This document shows positions 53,675 to 63,269 of a stretch of DNA of 64,000 bases, in pieces; the first letter of the stretch is position 1; each line of letters begins with the position of its first letter. The position numbers were made by a program, and so were the translations under genes. The notes under the pieces are model-generated. The model worked only from the letters and a program-made list of their open reading frames with translations, did not search any database and was not told where the DNA came from. The DNA is from Barthelona sp. PCE. Its lineage: Eukaryota. The stretch is from the NCBI GenBank assembly GCA_040285745.1, contig JAUFOR010000001.1, forward strand, positions 124,001 to 188,000, in the 5' to 3' direction.

Positions 53675-55879
53675 TTAACGGCGTTTTTTTCTACCTCCTT
53701 TTCTCCCTTTTTTATCCTTGTTGTGGAAGTTACCAACGCCAAGCACCTTGACACGGCCCTTCCTAGTTGCCATCTTCTTCAAAAGAGCAGTCGAAACTAC
53801 TTGTTCTTGTCCTGGCTTAATAAAAGGCTGCTTTTTCTTTTGCTTTAATCTCCTCTCCTTTGCAACAACATCTGCGTTACGTACCTGACGTCCCTTAAGC
53901 TTCTCACCCTTATTTGAAGATGAAAGCTGATTATCGTACCACCTTCCCTTTTTGTTAAGGCGTTCATCATATTCTGACAGCTTCAGCTTGTTTTTTTGTG
54001 CAAACTCCTCAGAACCTTGATTCTTTTTCGTGGATTTCCACTTATCATAAATATTCTTACTTCTTAGACTCTTTTTGACCCAAATACCACTGTCATTACG
54101 TACCATACCAGCCTGGTTCTTGAGGTTCTGATCTATAGACTCATTCTTGTTGAGTTTTCTGTATCTATTTTTCTTCTTGTCCCAAACTATCCTCTGCTTC
54201 TCCTTATCCTCATGCTCGACATCAAAAGGAGTAACCTCTCCCTGTTCTGTGTTGAAATTGCCTTTCTTCGTATTCTCTGTCTTATAATCCATAAAGAACT
54301 CCGACTTAAATTTGGATGTATCCAAAAACTGTTTTTTCTTTGACATCTCAACATTCTTCTTCAAGCTATTAGAAGTTCTCTTCTGCCGATCAAGGTCAGA
54401 TGTAATCTCATTAAAAGCCATCCGTTCTTCCCTCTCCATGGTCAGGTTGAACATAGAAACATCACTTTCGTACTTGGCTAGATCTCCTCGAATCTCTTTT
54501 TTCCCTCCAAATATCTCATGGACATCAAAAGAGAGGTACCCTGGCTTCAGCAAGTGCCTGGCCTGGCCTTGAGCCTGTATGCTTGCTTTTCCTCGTGTTT
54601 GGTAGAAAGCCTTATAAGCGTTCTTCGCATTGTTGAATGTACGTGCCATGTCGCCGTCCAACATGCTGCGAAGTGAGGCGCTGAACTTATCAAGACGAGA
54701 CTGAGAGGGTCTCTGCAGAGGAGGACACATTCTGTCGATGATTGGAAAGAGATCAAGGAAGAAGGGAACATCCGGCTGCGTCATAATGGTAATAGCTGTT
54801 CCGCTCTCACCAGCACGCGCTGTACGGCCAACACGGTGGACAAAAACCTTATTTGAGACGGGAAAGTCATAGTTAACAACATTTTTCAGCTCTGGGATGT
54901 CGATACCACGGGCTGAAAGATCTGTTGTGATCAAAAAGCGCACCTCTCCCCGTGTGAACGATCGCAGCTTGGATCTCCGTAACTGCATCGTTGTATCACC
55001 ATAAAGCGTTGTGGTTAACACACCGTGCCCGCTCAGAACTTCTGATAACAAATCGCAGTGGTGCTTTGAGCAACAAAAAATCATCGCCTGCTCATCCTGT
55101 GGGTAATACTCTAAGCAGAGGAACAAGAGAACAGCTAGTCTGTTTGCGTCCGTGCAGTAAAGAAAGTGCATGTCGAGAGTGTCGGGTATCACGCTCTCCT
55201 GCGCAAGAGTGATGGTCTCAGGATCCTTAAGCAACTTGCGGCATAAGGTTGCAAGTGATGATGGCATTGTTGCACTAAAAAGCATAACCTGTCTTCCGTG
55301 CTTAGGTATTCTCTTGAAGATATCCTCGATTTGGTGCGCGAAACCACGCTCCATCATCAGATCACCTTCATCCAAAGCTACAAATTCAACATGACGCAAA
55401 GAAAAGTCTGTATTTGGGATTTCCACCAAAAGATGCATAAGACGGCCTGGTGTGGCAATGATGATGTCTGGGAGCGCGGTAATGAGCTCAAACTGGCGCT
55501 CAAGGCTCTCACCTCCCAGAATCAAAGCACAACGAAGATCTGTGTTACTTCCATAACTCTTTGCATTCTTCATCAGCTGAATAGCCAGCTCACGGGTGGG
55601 TGCGAGGATGATTGCTCGTGGTCCAGTATCACTATGCTTACGTAACTTGCTCAGAATGGGAGCTAAAAATGCAAGTGTCTTACCAGAACCAGTTTTAGAC
55701 ATAGCAAGAACGTCTGAACCGTTCATGATGATTGGAATCGACTCCCTTTGAATGGGGGTAGGTTGAACATACCTCCTTTTCTGGATGCTCAATAATACCT
55801 CATTAGAAAGCCCCAAACCCACGAAACTGCGAGAAGTCTTGTGCTTTTTCGAATTGCTTTGCTTTAATACAGTGGACAT
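53675..55879 (-). CDS. DDX54: DEAD-box RNA helicase DDX54/Dbp10
   Basis: Q motif PTPIQRESIP, AMSKTGSGKT, PTRELA, DEGD, LFSAT, HRVGRTARAG, plus the Dbp10 C-terminal WDKKK.RY...NDSG...YDKWK block. ATG at 55879. Confidence 0.92.
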   Translation of the reverse strand: MSTVLKQSNSKKHKTSRSFVGLGLSNEVLLSIQKRRYVQPTPIQRESIPIIMNGSDVLAMSKTGSGKTLAFLAPILSKLRKHSDTGPRAIILAPTRELAIQLMKNAKSYGSNTDLRCALILGGESLERQFELITALPDIIIATPGRLMHLLVEIPNTDFSLRHVEFVALDEGDLMMERGFAHQIEDIFKRIPKHGRQVMLFSATMPSSLATLCRKLLKDPETITLAQESVIPDTLDMHFLYCTDANRLAVLLFLCLEYYPQDEQAMIFCCSKHHCDLLSEVLSGHGVLTTTLYGDTTMQLRRSKLRSFTRGEVRFLITTDLSARGIDIPELKNVVNYDFPVSNKVFVHRVGRTARAGESGTAITIMTQPDVPFFLDLFPIIDRMCPPLQRPSQSRLDKFSASLRSMLDGDMARTFNNAKNAYKAFYQTRGKASIQAQGQARHLLKPGYLSFDVHEIFGGKKEIRGDLAKYESDVSMFNLTMEREERMAFNEITSDLDRQKRTSNSLKKNVEMSKKKQFLDTSKFKSEFFMDYKTENTKKGNFNTEQGEVTPFDVEHEDKEKQRIVWDKKKNRYRKLNKNESIDQNLKNQAGMVRNDSGIWVKKSLRSKNIYDKWKSTKKNQGSEEFAQKNKLKLSEYDERLNKKGRWYDNQLSSSNKGEKLKGRQVRNADVVAKERRLKQKKKQPFIKPGQEQVVSTALLKKMATRKGRVKVLGVGNFHNKDKKGRKGGRKKRR

Positions 55880-55961
55880 TTCTGTGTAAATCAATGAAAG
55901 AAGTGCTTTAAAGAAAAACACCCTTTTCTTTTCTTAATCTACAACATAACAAGGGAAAGTT

Positions 55962-56537
55962 ATGAAGATTATCAACGTAACTACAGCCCCAGTCACAAAG
56001 GCTGAGGCTTTAAAGATCATTAAAAAGCACTTGTCAATCTATGACAGAGTTCCAGCATTTGGAGACGATGGGCGTATCCCCAGAGAAGACCGTAAGTATA
56101 AAAACCTCAGAAAACTCCACGAATATCAAAGAAGGGTACTTTTACAACTTAACAGTGGTACTTGGTTCAGAATGCTTACTTTATCAGAAGAATGGGGTAT
56201 TGAACTCGTTAGCCGTGCACAGATTGGCATTGCTTCAAATATATTGGAAACATATCCAACCTTCCCAGTTCAACATCTATGCACTTTGTTTAATACAACT
56301 GCTATTGAACAGATGAATACACATGCTGCCATTCTGTGCCCCGGTTACACTGAGGACCACTATGGAAAATGGAAAGAACTCAAACTACAACTGAATGAAT
56401 ACATTGATTTCATCGCTTCTCTACTTCTTGAATTGAATGGAGAGGAAGTTGATGGAGAGGAAGTTGATGATGAAGAAGTTGATGATGAAGAAGAAGATGA
56501 GGAAGAAGAAAATGGTATGGTTGCAGTATCAGATTAA
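55962..56537 (+). CDS. Hypothetical protein, possibly RNA polymerase III subunit RPC17/CRCP-like, with an acidic tail
   Basis: The N-terminus MKIINVTTAPVTKAEALKII...NLRKL...VL..L loosely resembles Rpc17/Rpb4-family starts. Asp/Glu-rich C-terminus. Confidence 0.45.
   Translation: MKIINVTTAPVTKAEALKIIKKHLSIYDRVPAFGDDGRIPREDRKYKNLRKLHEYQRRVLLQLNSGTWFRMLTLSEEWGIELVSRAQIGIASNILETYPTFPVQHLCTLFNTTAIEQMNTHAAILCPGYTEDHYGKWKELKLQLNEYIDFIASLLLELNGEEVDGEEVDDEEVDDEEEDEEEENGMVAVSD
56439..56498 (+). repeat. Imperfect 15-bp tandem repeat (x4) encoding GEEVD/DEEVD
   Basis: ggagaggaagttgat x2, then gatgaagaagttgat and gatgaagaagaagat. Confidence 0.8.
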
Positions 56538-56544
56538 AATCAAA

Positions 56545-57180
56545 CTACCAACTACCAGTACAAATTTGTCGCACGTTGTTTAAAAACTCTATCAAATTAT
56601 TAGATGAATTTAGTTGCATTAACAGCAAGTCCAAACAAACTTGATCATCATTTGTTTGAAGTATGTGATATTCCCGATTTTTTATGGTTAAATCAAAGCT
56701 AAAATTATTATCTTTAAAATGAAACGTCAAACTCATATTACCATTTCTCTTTAAAGAAAATCCTAATAAATCTTCCATGGTCCGCAGTTGCGTCAATAAC
56801 TGATCATCTAATGTGTTAAAATCTTTTTGTTCCTGAACTGCCAAATAATCTTCCTTCAAACTGGCAATTTCTTCCTTTCTAATGGCTAATTCTTTAGATA
56901 AATCACTGTACTCTTCTTCGTATGCCTTAGCATTACGTTGCTGGAATTCTTTGCGTTGTTGAATACGATTTTCACTCCGACTCAACACTGCTTCCTCATC
57001 TTTGAGCGATTCAAGCAATTCTGTGCATTCTGTCCTTACCGCATTAAAGTTATCAAGTACAATACGTATGTCTTGATTAAGGACTTCAAATCCCTGTGAG
57101 TTTGAACGAGAAAATAGCTTTACCTCGTTGCAAAGTTTATCTAATTGTTCGTTGGCCTCGCTAAGAGCTGTTGCAAACAT
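56545..57180 (-). CDS. SPC25: Kinetochore Ndc80-complex subunit Spc25
   Basis: N-terminal coiled coil, then LLGFSL...LTFHF....FSFDL....YHI.......L...LNSSNNL..FL..VR, the Spc25 RWD-like globular domain pattern. Confidence 0.75.
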   Translation of the reverse strand: MFATALSEANEQLDKLCNEVKLFSRSNSQGFEVLNQDIRIVLDNFNAVRTECTELLESLKDEEAVLSRSENRIQQRKEFQQRNAKAYEEEYSDLSKELAIRKEEIASLKEDYLAVQEQKDFNTLDDQLLTQLRTMEDLLGFSLKRNGNMSLTFHFKDNNFSFDLTIKNREYHILQTNDDQVCLDLLLMQLNSSNNLIEFLNNVRQICTGSW

Positions 57181-57735
57181 ATTTATGGGTTATCCGGAAT
57201 TCCTAGATGCTAAAAATCTTGTAAAGGAGATTTTGTTGTTTAACAGGGTCAAATTTTAATTAACACGGAATTTACTCGGCTTGTGAAGTTTACTCACCAT
57301 ATTCCGCCGTTTTATGAGTTTAAATATGCACAATACACCTATATTATGGTTTATCATAGTAGTGCTCTACACATTTCTGTACGTGCTTTAATTGTTACAA
57401 ACACGTGGTACAAGCAATACACCTGAACCCTTCAGCAACAAAATTCACAGTAAACCTTAAAAATGTGGGAATTAATGCAGGTACTATGTTAAGTATATTT
57501 TGGTAATACTCACACCTTTGTCACAATTCTTACATCTCTTAAACCGCTGAAATGATCATTAAACTTCTGAAAACTATCAATAACGAAGTTTTCCATTTTG
57601 TCATAACTTCCTCATCCATACTTTACTGCTTCTATAAGTTATTTTGTTTAAACAGAACCAGCTCACCAGAGCAAGAATCCATAGAACCTTTTGTATTTGC
57701 ATTTTTTCCTTTTCTCTAAACCAATCCATTTTACA

Positions 57736-57960
57736 ATGTCAAAAATGAACCCTGTATTGCCTCCCCAGCCTCTTCCTGAGTCTAACCACCCAAAAAGATG
57801 GGATGTTATCAATCCATTCCACATGTCGCGAATTCCAGAACCTGGGCACGTAGAATATTGGCTCTCTATCCACCCTGAAGATGATATGTTTGGCGGTGGA
57901 GGTGCCACGATTGTAGCTCCCGAAAATTTAAGAATTGATGAAGACACCAACCCAATATAG
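57736..57960 (+). CDS. Short Pro-rich ORF, possibly the first part of a broken or spliced gene
   Basis: ATG at 57736 after a T-rich leader. 74 aa with coding-like composition. Coding-like fragments continue downstream in other frames. Confidence 0.35.
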   Translation: MSKMNPVLPPQPLPESNHPKRWDVINPFHMSRIPEPGHVEYWLSIHPEDDMFGGGGATIVAPENLRIDEDTNPI

Positions 57961-58309
57961 AAACTTTGCCTCATGGTCCTGATCAGGGTGATCCTGTAAT
58001 TGATTTTGAACAGAGAATGGAATAGAACGTATGCGGGTGTATTTCATTTTCTCACCATTTTAAGGTTTCCTATTTATTTTATTGTATTATTTAGTAATTG
58101 AAATACTACTATTTTTCAGATGTATGGACTTCCAAACTCTGAAGAAGGTAGCCCGTATGCGGCACCATATCCGAACTTAGATCTCTGTAAAGAATCTGAT
58201 TACTTTCCTTTATTACCCGTTAACATGGATGAGACTCTGGAAGAAAATCAATTATTACATTTGTAAATTTTTTGATTTAACGGCTCTATTAATACATGCA
58301 ATTTGTTGA

Positions 58310-59014
58310 TCACTCCTTTTTAGGTAAAAAATTATGGATTACTCCATCATTCACAATATCTAAACTATTCTTACACTTATCCATAATATCTTCCAAAAAA
58401 TGTTCGACTAGGATTGAAAACCATGGCGTGAATGTCTCTGGGACATCTGTGAATTCCTGAACTAAATCAGCTAAGGTTATCCATCGCACATCACTTACCT
58501 CATTATCATTACTTTCTACTGTTACTTCTGAACGCGTACAACGACATACTACAATGTAGTCCAGTTCGTACTCGCACAGGTTAAGACCTGTGGTCTCGTC
58601 TGGGCTCATATAAAGAACTTTTGTTGACAACTTAAAATCTGCTGGTGAGAATGTTTCTGTTGGAACACCTAGTTCGTGGTATAGCTTACGGATACATGCA
58701 TCCTGTACGCCCTGAAGCCCATTAACCTCATTGGGTGTCAATGGATGGGAGCAGCATGTGTTTGTCCATAAATTTGGAAATGTAGGCTTAAAACAAGCTC
58801 TCTTCTGTAATAACAGCTCATTGTTCTCATCAATAAGCAAGATACTAAATGCTCGATGCAATGAAGGATTACTAACCTGATGAGCATCCCATTTCGTTGA
58901 GCTGGATAATGGTTCATCAACTTCGTTGATTACAATGACCTGATCCTCAATCATGAATCGCCGCTGCTCATCGTTGTACCGGTCCATTGCCCTGCATAAC
59001 TTTAAATCTGACAT
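58310..59014 (-). CDS. IDI1: Isopentenyl-diphosphate delta-isomerase, type 1 (Nudix fold)
   Basis: LHRAFSI, ELLLQKRA..KPTFPNLWTNTCCSHP, RKL.HELG, EYELDYI, NEVSDVRWI, FTPWF. An alternative ATG lies at 59062. Confidence 0.95.
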   Translation of the reverse strand: MSDLKLCRAMDRYNDEQRRFMIEDQVIVINEVDEPLSSSTKWDAHQVSNPSLHRAFSILLIDENNELLLQKRACFKPTFPNLWTNTCCSHPLTPNEVNGLQGVQDACIRKLYHELGVPTETFSPADFKLSTKVLYMSPDETTGLNLCEYELDYIVVCRCTRSEVTVESNDNEVSDVRWITLADLVQEFTDVPETFTPWFSILVEHFLEDIMDKCKNSLDIVNDGVIHNFLPKKE

Positions 59015-59080
59015 GAAAATTCTGTAAGGGTAAGAAAAACTTTTCCACCATTTTTTTAACATTTATTCAATATAATCAAC

Positions 59081-60412
59081 TTATCTAGAAACATTGGGGG
59101 ATGTAGGACGGCTGGAAACACGCAATCTCTGCAGTGCTTCTTCATATACCTGATAGTGTTCATGGAATTTTAAAGACGGACCCTTAATCTTTGAGAAACT
59201 TACCATATAGTGAGATCCGCTCACCTGATACAGCGCAACGACAAAATCAAGCGTCGATATAGGACTTATCTTCTGGCGAACAGAAATTGTACAGTTCTGG
59301 GTATCACGATCATACACTGTATCTCCAACCTGTGCTGCTACCTCCTCAAAGGTGCTCATGAATGTCTGAGGCTCAACATTCACGAAGAATGATGTATCCA
59401 TCTTGAACGAAGAGGAATTTCCTCCCAATGTGGGTGGCTTAATTGATAACCCACCAACGGATGAGATTAGTGCGAAGGCATCCAATGACGAAACACTAAG
59501 CGAGTCTGTGTCCCATATTGCCAGCGCTTCTCTGAACCCAACACCTGTCGTCGGATCGATCATGTCAATCTGTGGCATGGGAGTCTCTGAATCACGTGTG
59601 AACCATGGATGCTCTTGAATCCCTTCCAATGTAATACGTTCATTCGGATTGGGCTCCAGAATCTTGACGATCAAGTCCCGTGCCTCATGATCAATGTCAT
59701 CTGGGAACGTAAAGATTGCGTTTCTGATTTTGTAGAACAAACCAGTAAAACTTCTATCCTCAAATGGGAGGTATCCACAAAGAAATACAAAAAGCACAAC
59801 ACCGCAGCTCCATATATCGGCTACAAAGGCGTCATAACGGCCCTTCCTCGTAACTTCAGGTGCAACATAATTGGGTGTTCCGCAATGAGTGCTCATGAGC
59901 GAAGGATTATCGGTATTAGTAACATTACTCAAGCCGAAATCAGAAATCTTGAGGTTATCGTCCTGCGACAGTAACAAATTCTCTGGTTTGATGTCTCGAT
60001 GGGCTATTCCTAACCCGTGCATGTATGCCAATGCACTAATGAGTTGTCTGAAGTATTTCCTTGCTGTGCGCGTGGAAAACTTGCCGACTTTAACCAACTT
60101 AGCGAATAATTCACCTGCCATAAGTTCAACTACAACAAAAATTCGTTTTTTTGATGTTAAAAGGTCTAGAAGGTTGACAATATGCGGGTGATCAAGCATT
60201 GTAAGGCACTTAATCTCCCTGTTAACTTGCTCTACAAGATTTTGCTCAACCAAAAGTGATCTGCTTAAAATTTTGATTGCAACTTGCCTATTATTCTCTG
60301 AATCAACCGCTTGTACGACCTTGGAAAATGACCCTGAACCAAGGGTTCTTCCTGTCAACTCGTAACGATCGATTTTACGCAGTTTCTTCTTTCTGCCATT
60401 GTTTTCTGTCAT
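59081..60412 (-). CDS. SNF1-related Ser/Thr kinase, CBL-interacting protein kinase (CIPK)-like
   Basis: GSGSFSKV, VAIK, HRDIKPEN, DFG, THCGTPNYVAPE and DIWSCGV. NAF-like 'LDAFALISSVGGLSI' and a KA1-like C-terminus (KGPSLKFHEHY). ATG at 60412. Confidence 0.9.
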   Translation of the reverse strand: MTENNGRKKKLRKIDRYELTGRTLGSGSFSKVVQAVDSENNRQVAIKILSRSLLVEQNLVEQVNREIKCLTMLDHPHIVNLLDLLTSKKRIFVVVELMAGELFAKLVKVGKFSTRTARKYFRQLISALAYMHGLGIAHRDIKPENLLLSQDDNLKISDFGLSNVTNTDNPSLMSTHCGTPNYVAPEVTRKGRYDAFVADIWSCGVVLFVFLCGYLPFEDRSFTGLFYKIRNAIFTFPDDIDHEARDLIVKILEPNPNERITLEGIQEHPWFTRDSETPMPQIDMIDPTTGVGFREALAIWDTDSLSVSSLDAFALISSVGGLSIKPPTLGGNSSSFKMDTSFFVNVEPQTFMSTFEEVAAQVGDTVYDRDTQNCTISVRQKISPISTLDFVVALYQVSGSHYMVSFSKIKGPSLKFHEHYQVYEEALQRLRVSSRPTSPNVSR

Positions 60413-60682
60413 ATTTTGTCTGTTTTTAGTAATGTGTATGGTTTGGCGGTGCGTCTGATTGCAAGAATCTATCAAAGATACGACGTGAAACAAACAAAAA
60501 CCTAGAAAAGAGGATGAAATCACAGAATCAGTTGATTGGTACATAAATGTAGTCAATCGTCATTCATGGGCGAGAAAGAGCGGTGTACCCTGAACATTTC
60601 CACTTAAACAAATGTAGTGTAGTTTTTCACTTCATTCAGGTGTTTCTTTTTGTTTTGCATTTGAAATTAAGTATAGCACACA

Positions 60683-61633
60683 ATGAGCTTTGAGCAACAA
60701 ACTTCAAGATTCCTTCAATATTTTGGTAGAGGCTTATATGCTTCAATTCGCCCAAAAAGTTGGAGATTTATTTTATCTTTATTTCGTAAGTCTAAGGGGC
60801 TATTGAAGGTGTTTGTAGAATGTCTCCTTGCCAATTTTCTCGTTATTTTTATTGCAAAGTATTACTTAAACGATAAAATCATTATGCACTTTACGCATTA
60901 TAAAGATTCTAAAGATATTGACTTCCTTGAAGCATCTTTTGTGGTAAACTTCTTGAGTGAAGTCTGGAAACTTATTGTTCTGTGTGTACAAGTTTCTATT
61001 AACCCATATTTTGTATCAAAACTTGCTAGAAAATGTATAGAATCAACAAACATCGCGACTAGCACGCCAGCAATCAAGGATAAGTCTCTTATTAAACAAG
61101 AAAAACAAACAATATTATATAGCCTCTTACAATCAGCGTACTATTACACAACGCTAGCATATTTCTCAATCTCATCTGCTCTGGTGGACACTGTGCTCAG
61201 TATTCTCAATTTTAGAGGAACTGCAATGGGGCATTTTTTAAGATTTTTCACAAAAATTTTTTTCCTCAGCCTTAACAATAATTTATACTTCTTTTTATAT
61301 AGATTCAAGGCTGTTTCGATTGAACAGTACTCTATGACTGTTAATCTTGATCAAAACGTTCCGTTTTATTTCGGTTTTAGTTTTATATATACATTCTTTC
61401 AGAATTTTAAGTTTGCATTCTTCTACAAGATCGGAGAGACCCCGGCGTTCCTTCAGAACTGTGATTTCTTAATGAATTTCTTACTGACCAGTGTTCTGTA
61501 TCCAATAATGATCATGCTCGCTTCTTTTGTTAAGATTCCAACCTTTAATGAACGCTTCTTTATTCCTCTGTTTACTCTTCCAAGGCGATTCGCTAAACGT
61601 TCACTAAAAAAATTCACAAAAAAAATTGACTAA
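60683..61633 (+). CDS. EI24 (etoposide-induced 2.4)-like multi-pass membrane protein
   Basis: 'VFVECLLAN', 'YFFLYRF......LDQNVPFYFGF', 'SVLYPIMIMLA' and 'IPLF' resemble EI24-family blocks. Confidence 0.6.
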   Translation: MSFEQQTSRFLQYFGRGLYASIRPKSWRFILSLFRKSKGLLKVFVECLLANFLVIFIAKYYLNDKIIMHFTHYKDSKDIDFLEASFVVNFLSEVWKLIVLCVQVSINPYFVSKLARKCIESTNIATSTPAIKDKSLIKQEKQTILYSLLQSAYYYTTLAYFSISSALVDTVLSILNFRGTAMGHFLRFFTKIFFLSLNNNLYFFLYRFKAVSIEQYSMTVNLDQNVPFYFGFSFIYTFFQNFKFAFFYKIGETPAFLQNCDFLMNFLLTSVLYPIMIMLASFVKIPTFNERFFIPLFTLPRRFAKRSLKKFTKKID

Positions 61634-61648
61634 TCAAAATAATTGATA

Positions 61649-62944
61649 TCATACAATACCGATGGACCTGTTATCAAAAATTGCATCAGATTGGGACATA
61701 CGTGTTGAAAGATATCGAAATGGAGTGCAGAAAAAAAAAAAACCTGTAATTATTAAACCTATTAGTGATACAGATATAAACAAGTGTTTTTCACCAAAAA
61801 TCTCGATAAATATGCCCGTTATAGCAATAGAAACAGGTGTTAAACATTGAGAAGTGAACACTGTCAAGGAAATCCACTTTTGCACGTGAACGCCACCGCA
61901 TGAATGGAAATAATCCAATAATACATGTTGTAGGACGCCGTCAAGTGTTCCAAACACTAACTGTAGTGCACACAATAGTGTTGAAAAGGGATATATGAAC
62001 AGCATTAACAATAAAAAATTTGAGCTTTCAATTAAAGTGACCAATTTAGCTGTATCATATCCACGAAAAAGGAAAGGTCTTGCTGAGATCATTAGAAAAG
62101 CGAGAAAATATCCTAAACTAAATGAAAAATTCAAATATCCCAACGCCTCAACTTTTTCATTTTTTAGTAACAATAGAGGCAATGCAACCACGAATATGCC
62201 CTCAGAAAACAACGCATTCAAAGCGTAGTACCATAAAAACGCAATAAAAGAGGAAGGATATTTCCTCTGATCTTGTATACTCATTTTTTCTCCCTTGTCC
62301 CTTGTTTTAATTCGTCCAGAAAACACACTGAGTATACAGAGTGCTGAGTTGATGAAAAAAACCAAGTTGCTGTTGTTAAAGAATTGTGAAGATATTAAGT
62401 AGCCAATTGTTGTTGCTATTATAGAAATAAGCTGCACATTGGCGTTAAAGGTGTGCCCGAGTCGTATAGCTAGACTGTATAATGAAAATTGATACAAAGC
62501 ATGCCCTTGTAATAAAAGGAAAAAAAGGAAAAGCTTAACGTACGATGGTATTACATCACCTAGTAACATACAGAGCAATAAAGAAGCTTTGAACAGCTGA
62601 GAATATTTGATTCCCACGGTACTTCCAAAAATAATCACGGAGAACCCACTTAGAAATGTTACAAGTGCAAAAAAAACCGCAAAAAACGGCCCTGGAAAGT
62701 GTGAAACACACCATACGGTCAACAAGAGTAACGATACCGTGTCAAACAATATCGAAAAAAAATGTGATGCAAAAAATAGCTTATCAAACCGAGTATCAAC
62801 ACTACTACTGCTGCCCAAAGAGAAAGACAGTGATATATGAGATCTATGCAAGCTTAAAGGACTGTACATAGGCTGTATGGAAGATTTCCAATCGATATGC
62901 AAAATTTGCCCATAATCAGATGTGGTCGCCTTGGAATTTGGCAT
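61649..62944 (-). CDS. MFS-like multi-pass transporter
   Basis: About 12 hydrophobic helices in two halves with a central hydrophilic loop. 'LFFASHFFSILFDTV' N-terminal helix. Confidence 0.7.
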   Translation of the reverse strand: MPNSKATTSDYGQILHIDWKSSIQPMYSPLSLHRSHISLSFSLGSSSSVDTRFDKLFFASHFFSILFDTVSLLLLTVWCVSHFPGPFFAVFFALVTFLSGFSVIIFGSTVGIKYSQLFKASLLLCMLLGDVIPSYVKLFLFFLLLQGHALYQFSLYSLAIRLGHTFNANVQLISIIATTIGYLISSQFFNNSNLVFFINSALCILSVFSGRIKTRDKGEKMSIQDQRKYPSSFIAFLWYYALNALFSEGIFVVALPLLLLKNEKVEALGYLNFSFSLGYFLAFLMISARPFLFRGYDTAKLVTLIESSNFLLLMLFIYPFSTLLCALQLVFGTLDGVLQHVLLDYFHSCGGVHVQKWISLTVFTSQCLTPVSIAITGIFIEIFGEKHLFISVSLIGLIITGFFFFCTPFRYLSTRMSQSDAIFDNRSIGIV

Positions 62945-63269
62945 TTTAACGATTTTTAGTCGTGATTAAAAGTAAAAAGGTGAAAGTACTGTTACACGGT
63001 GACACAAAGGTTTTAGTCTTCAGACTTTATGCTTGTGGATGTAAAACTGTTAAAATGAGTGAGAGTGACTTTTCAATGTAAGCAGAGTTTCATCGAACGA
63101 CACAATCTTTTCTTTCATTTTTAAAATTCTGCCTTGAGCCTAATATTCACCCACCTATGAAGACAAACCTCCACGGGTGAGCGTTCCTGATGCACATCAA
63201 TAAATCTACTTCAAGGTCAAACCTTGTTTAAATTTTTTACCTTTATCCTTTTTATACAGTACTTTACCG

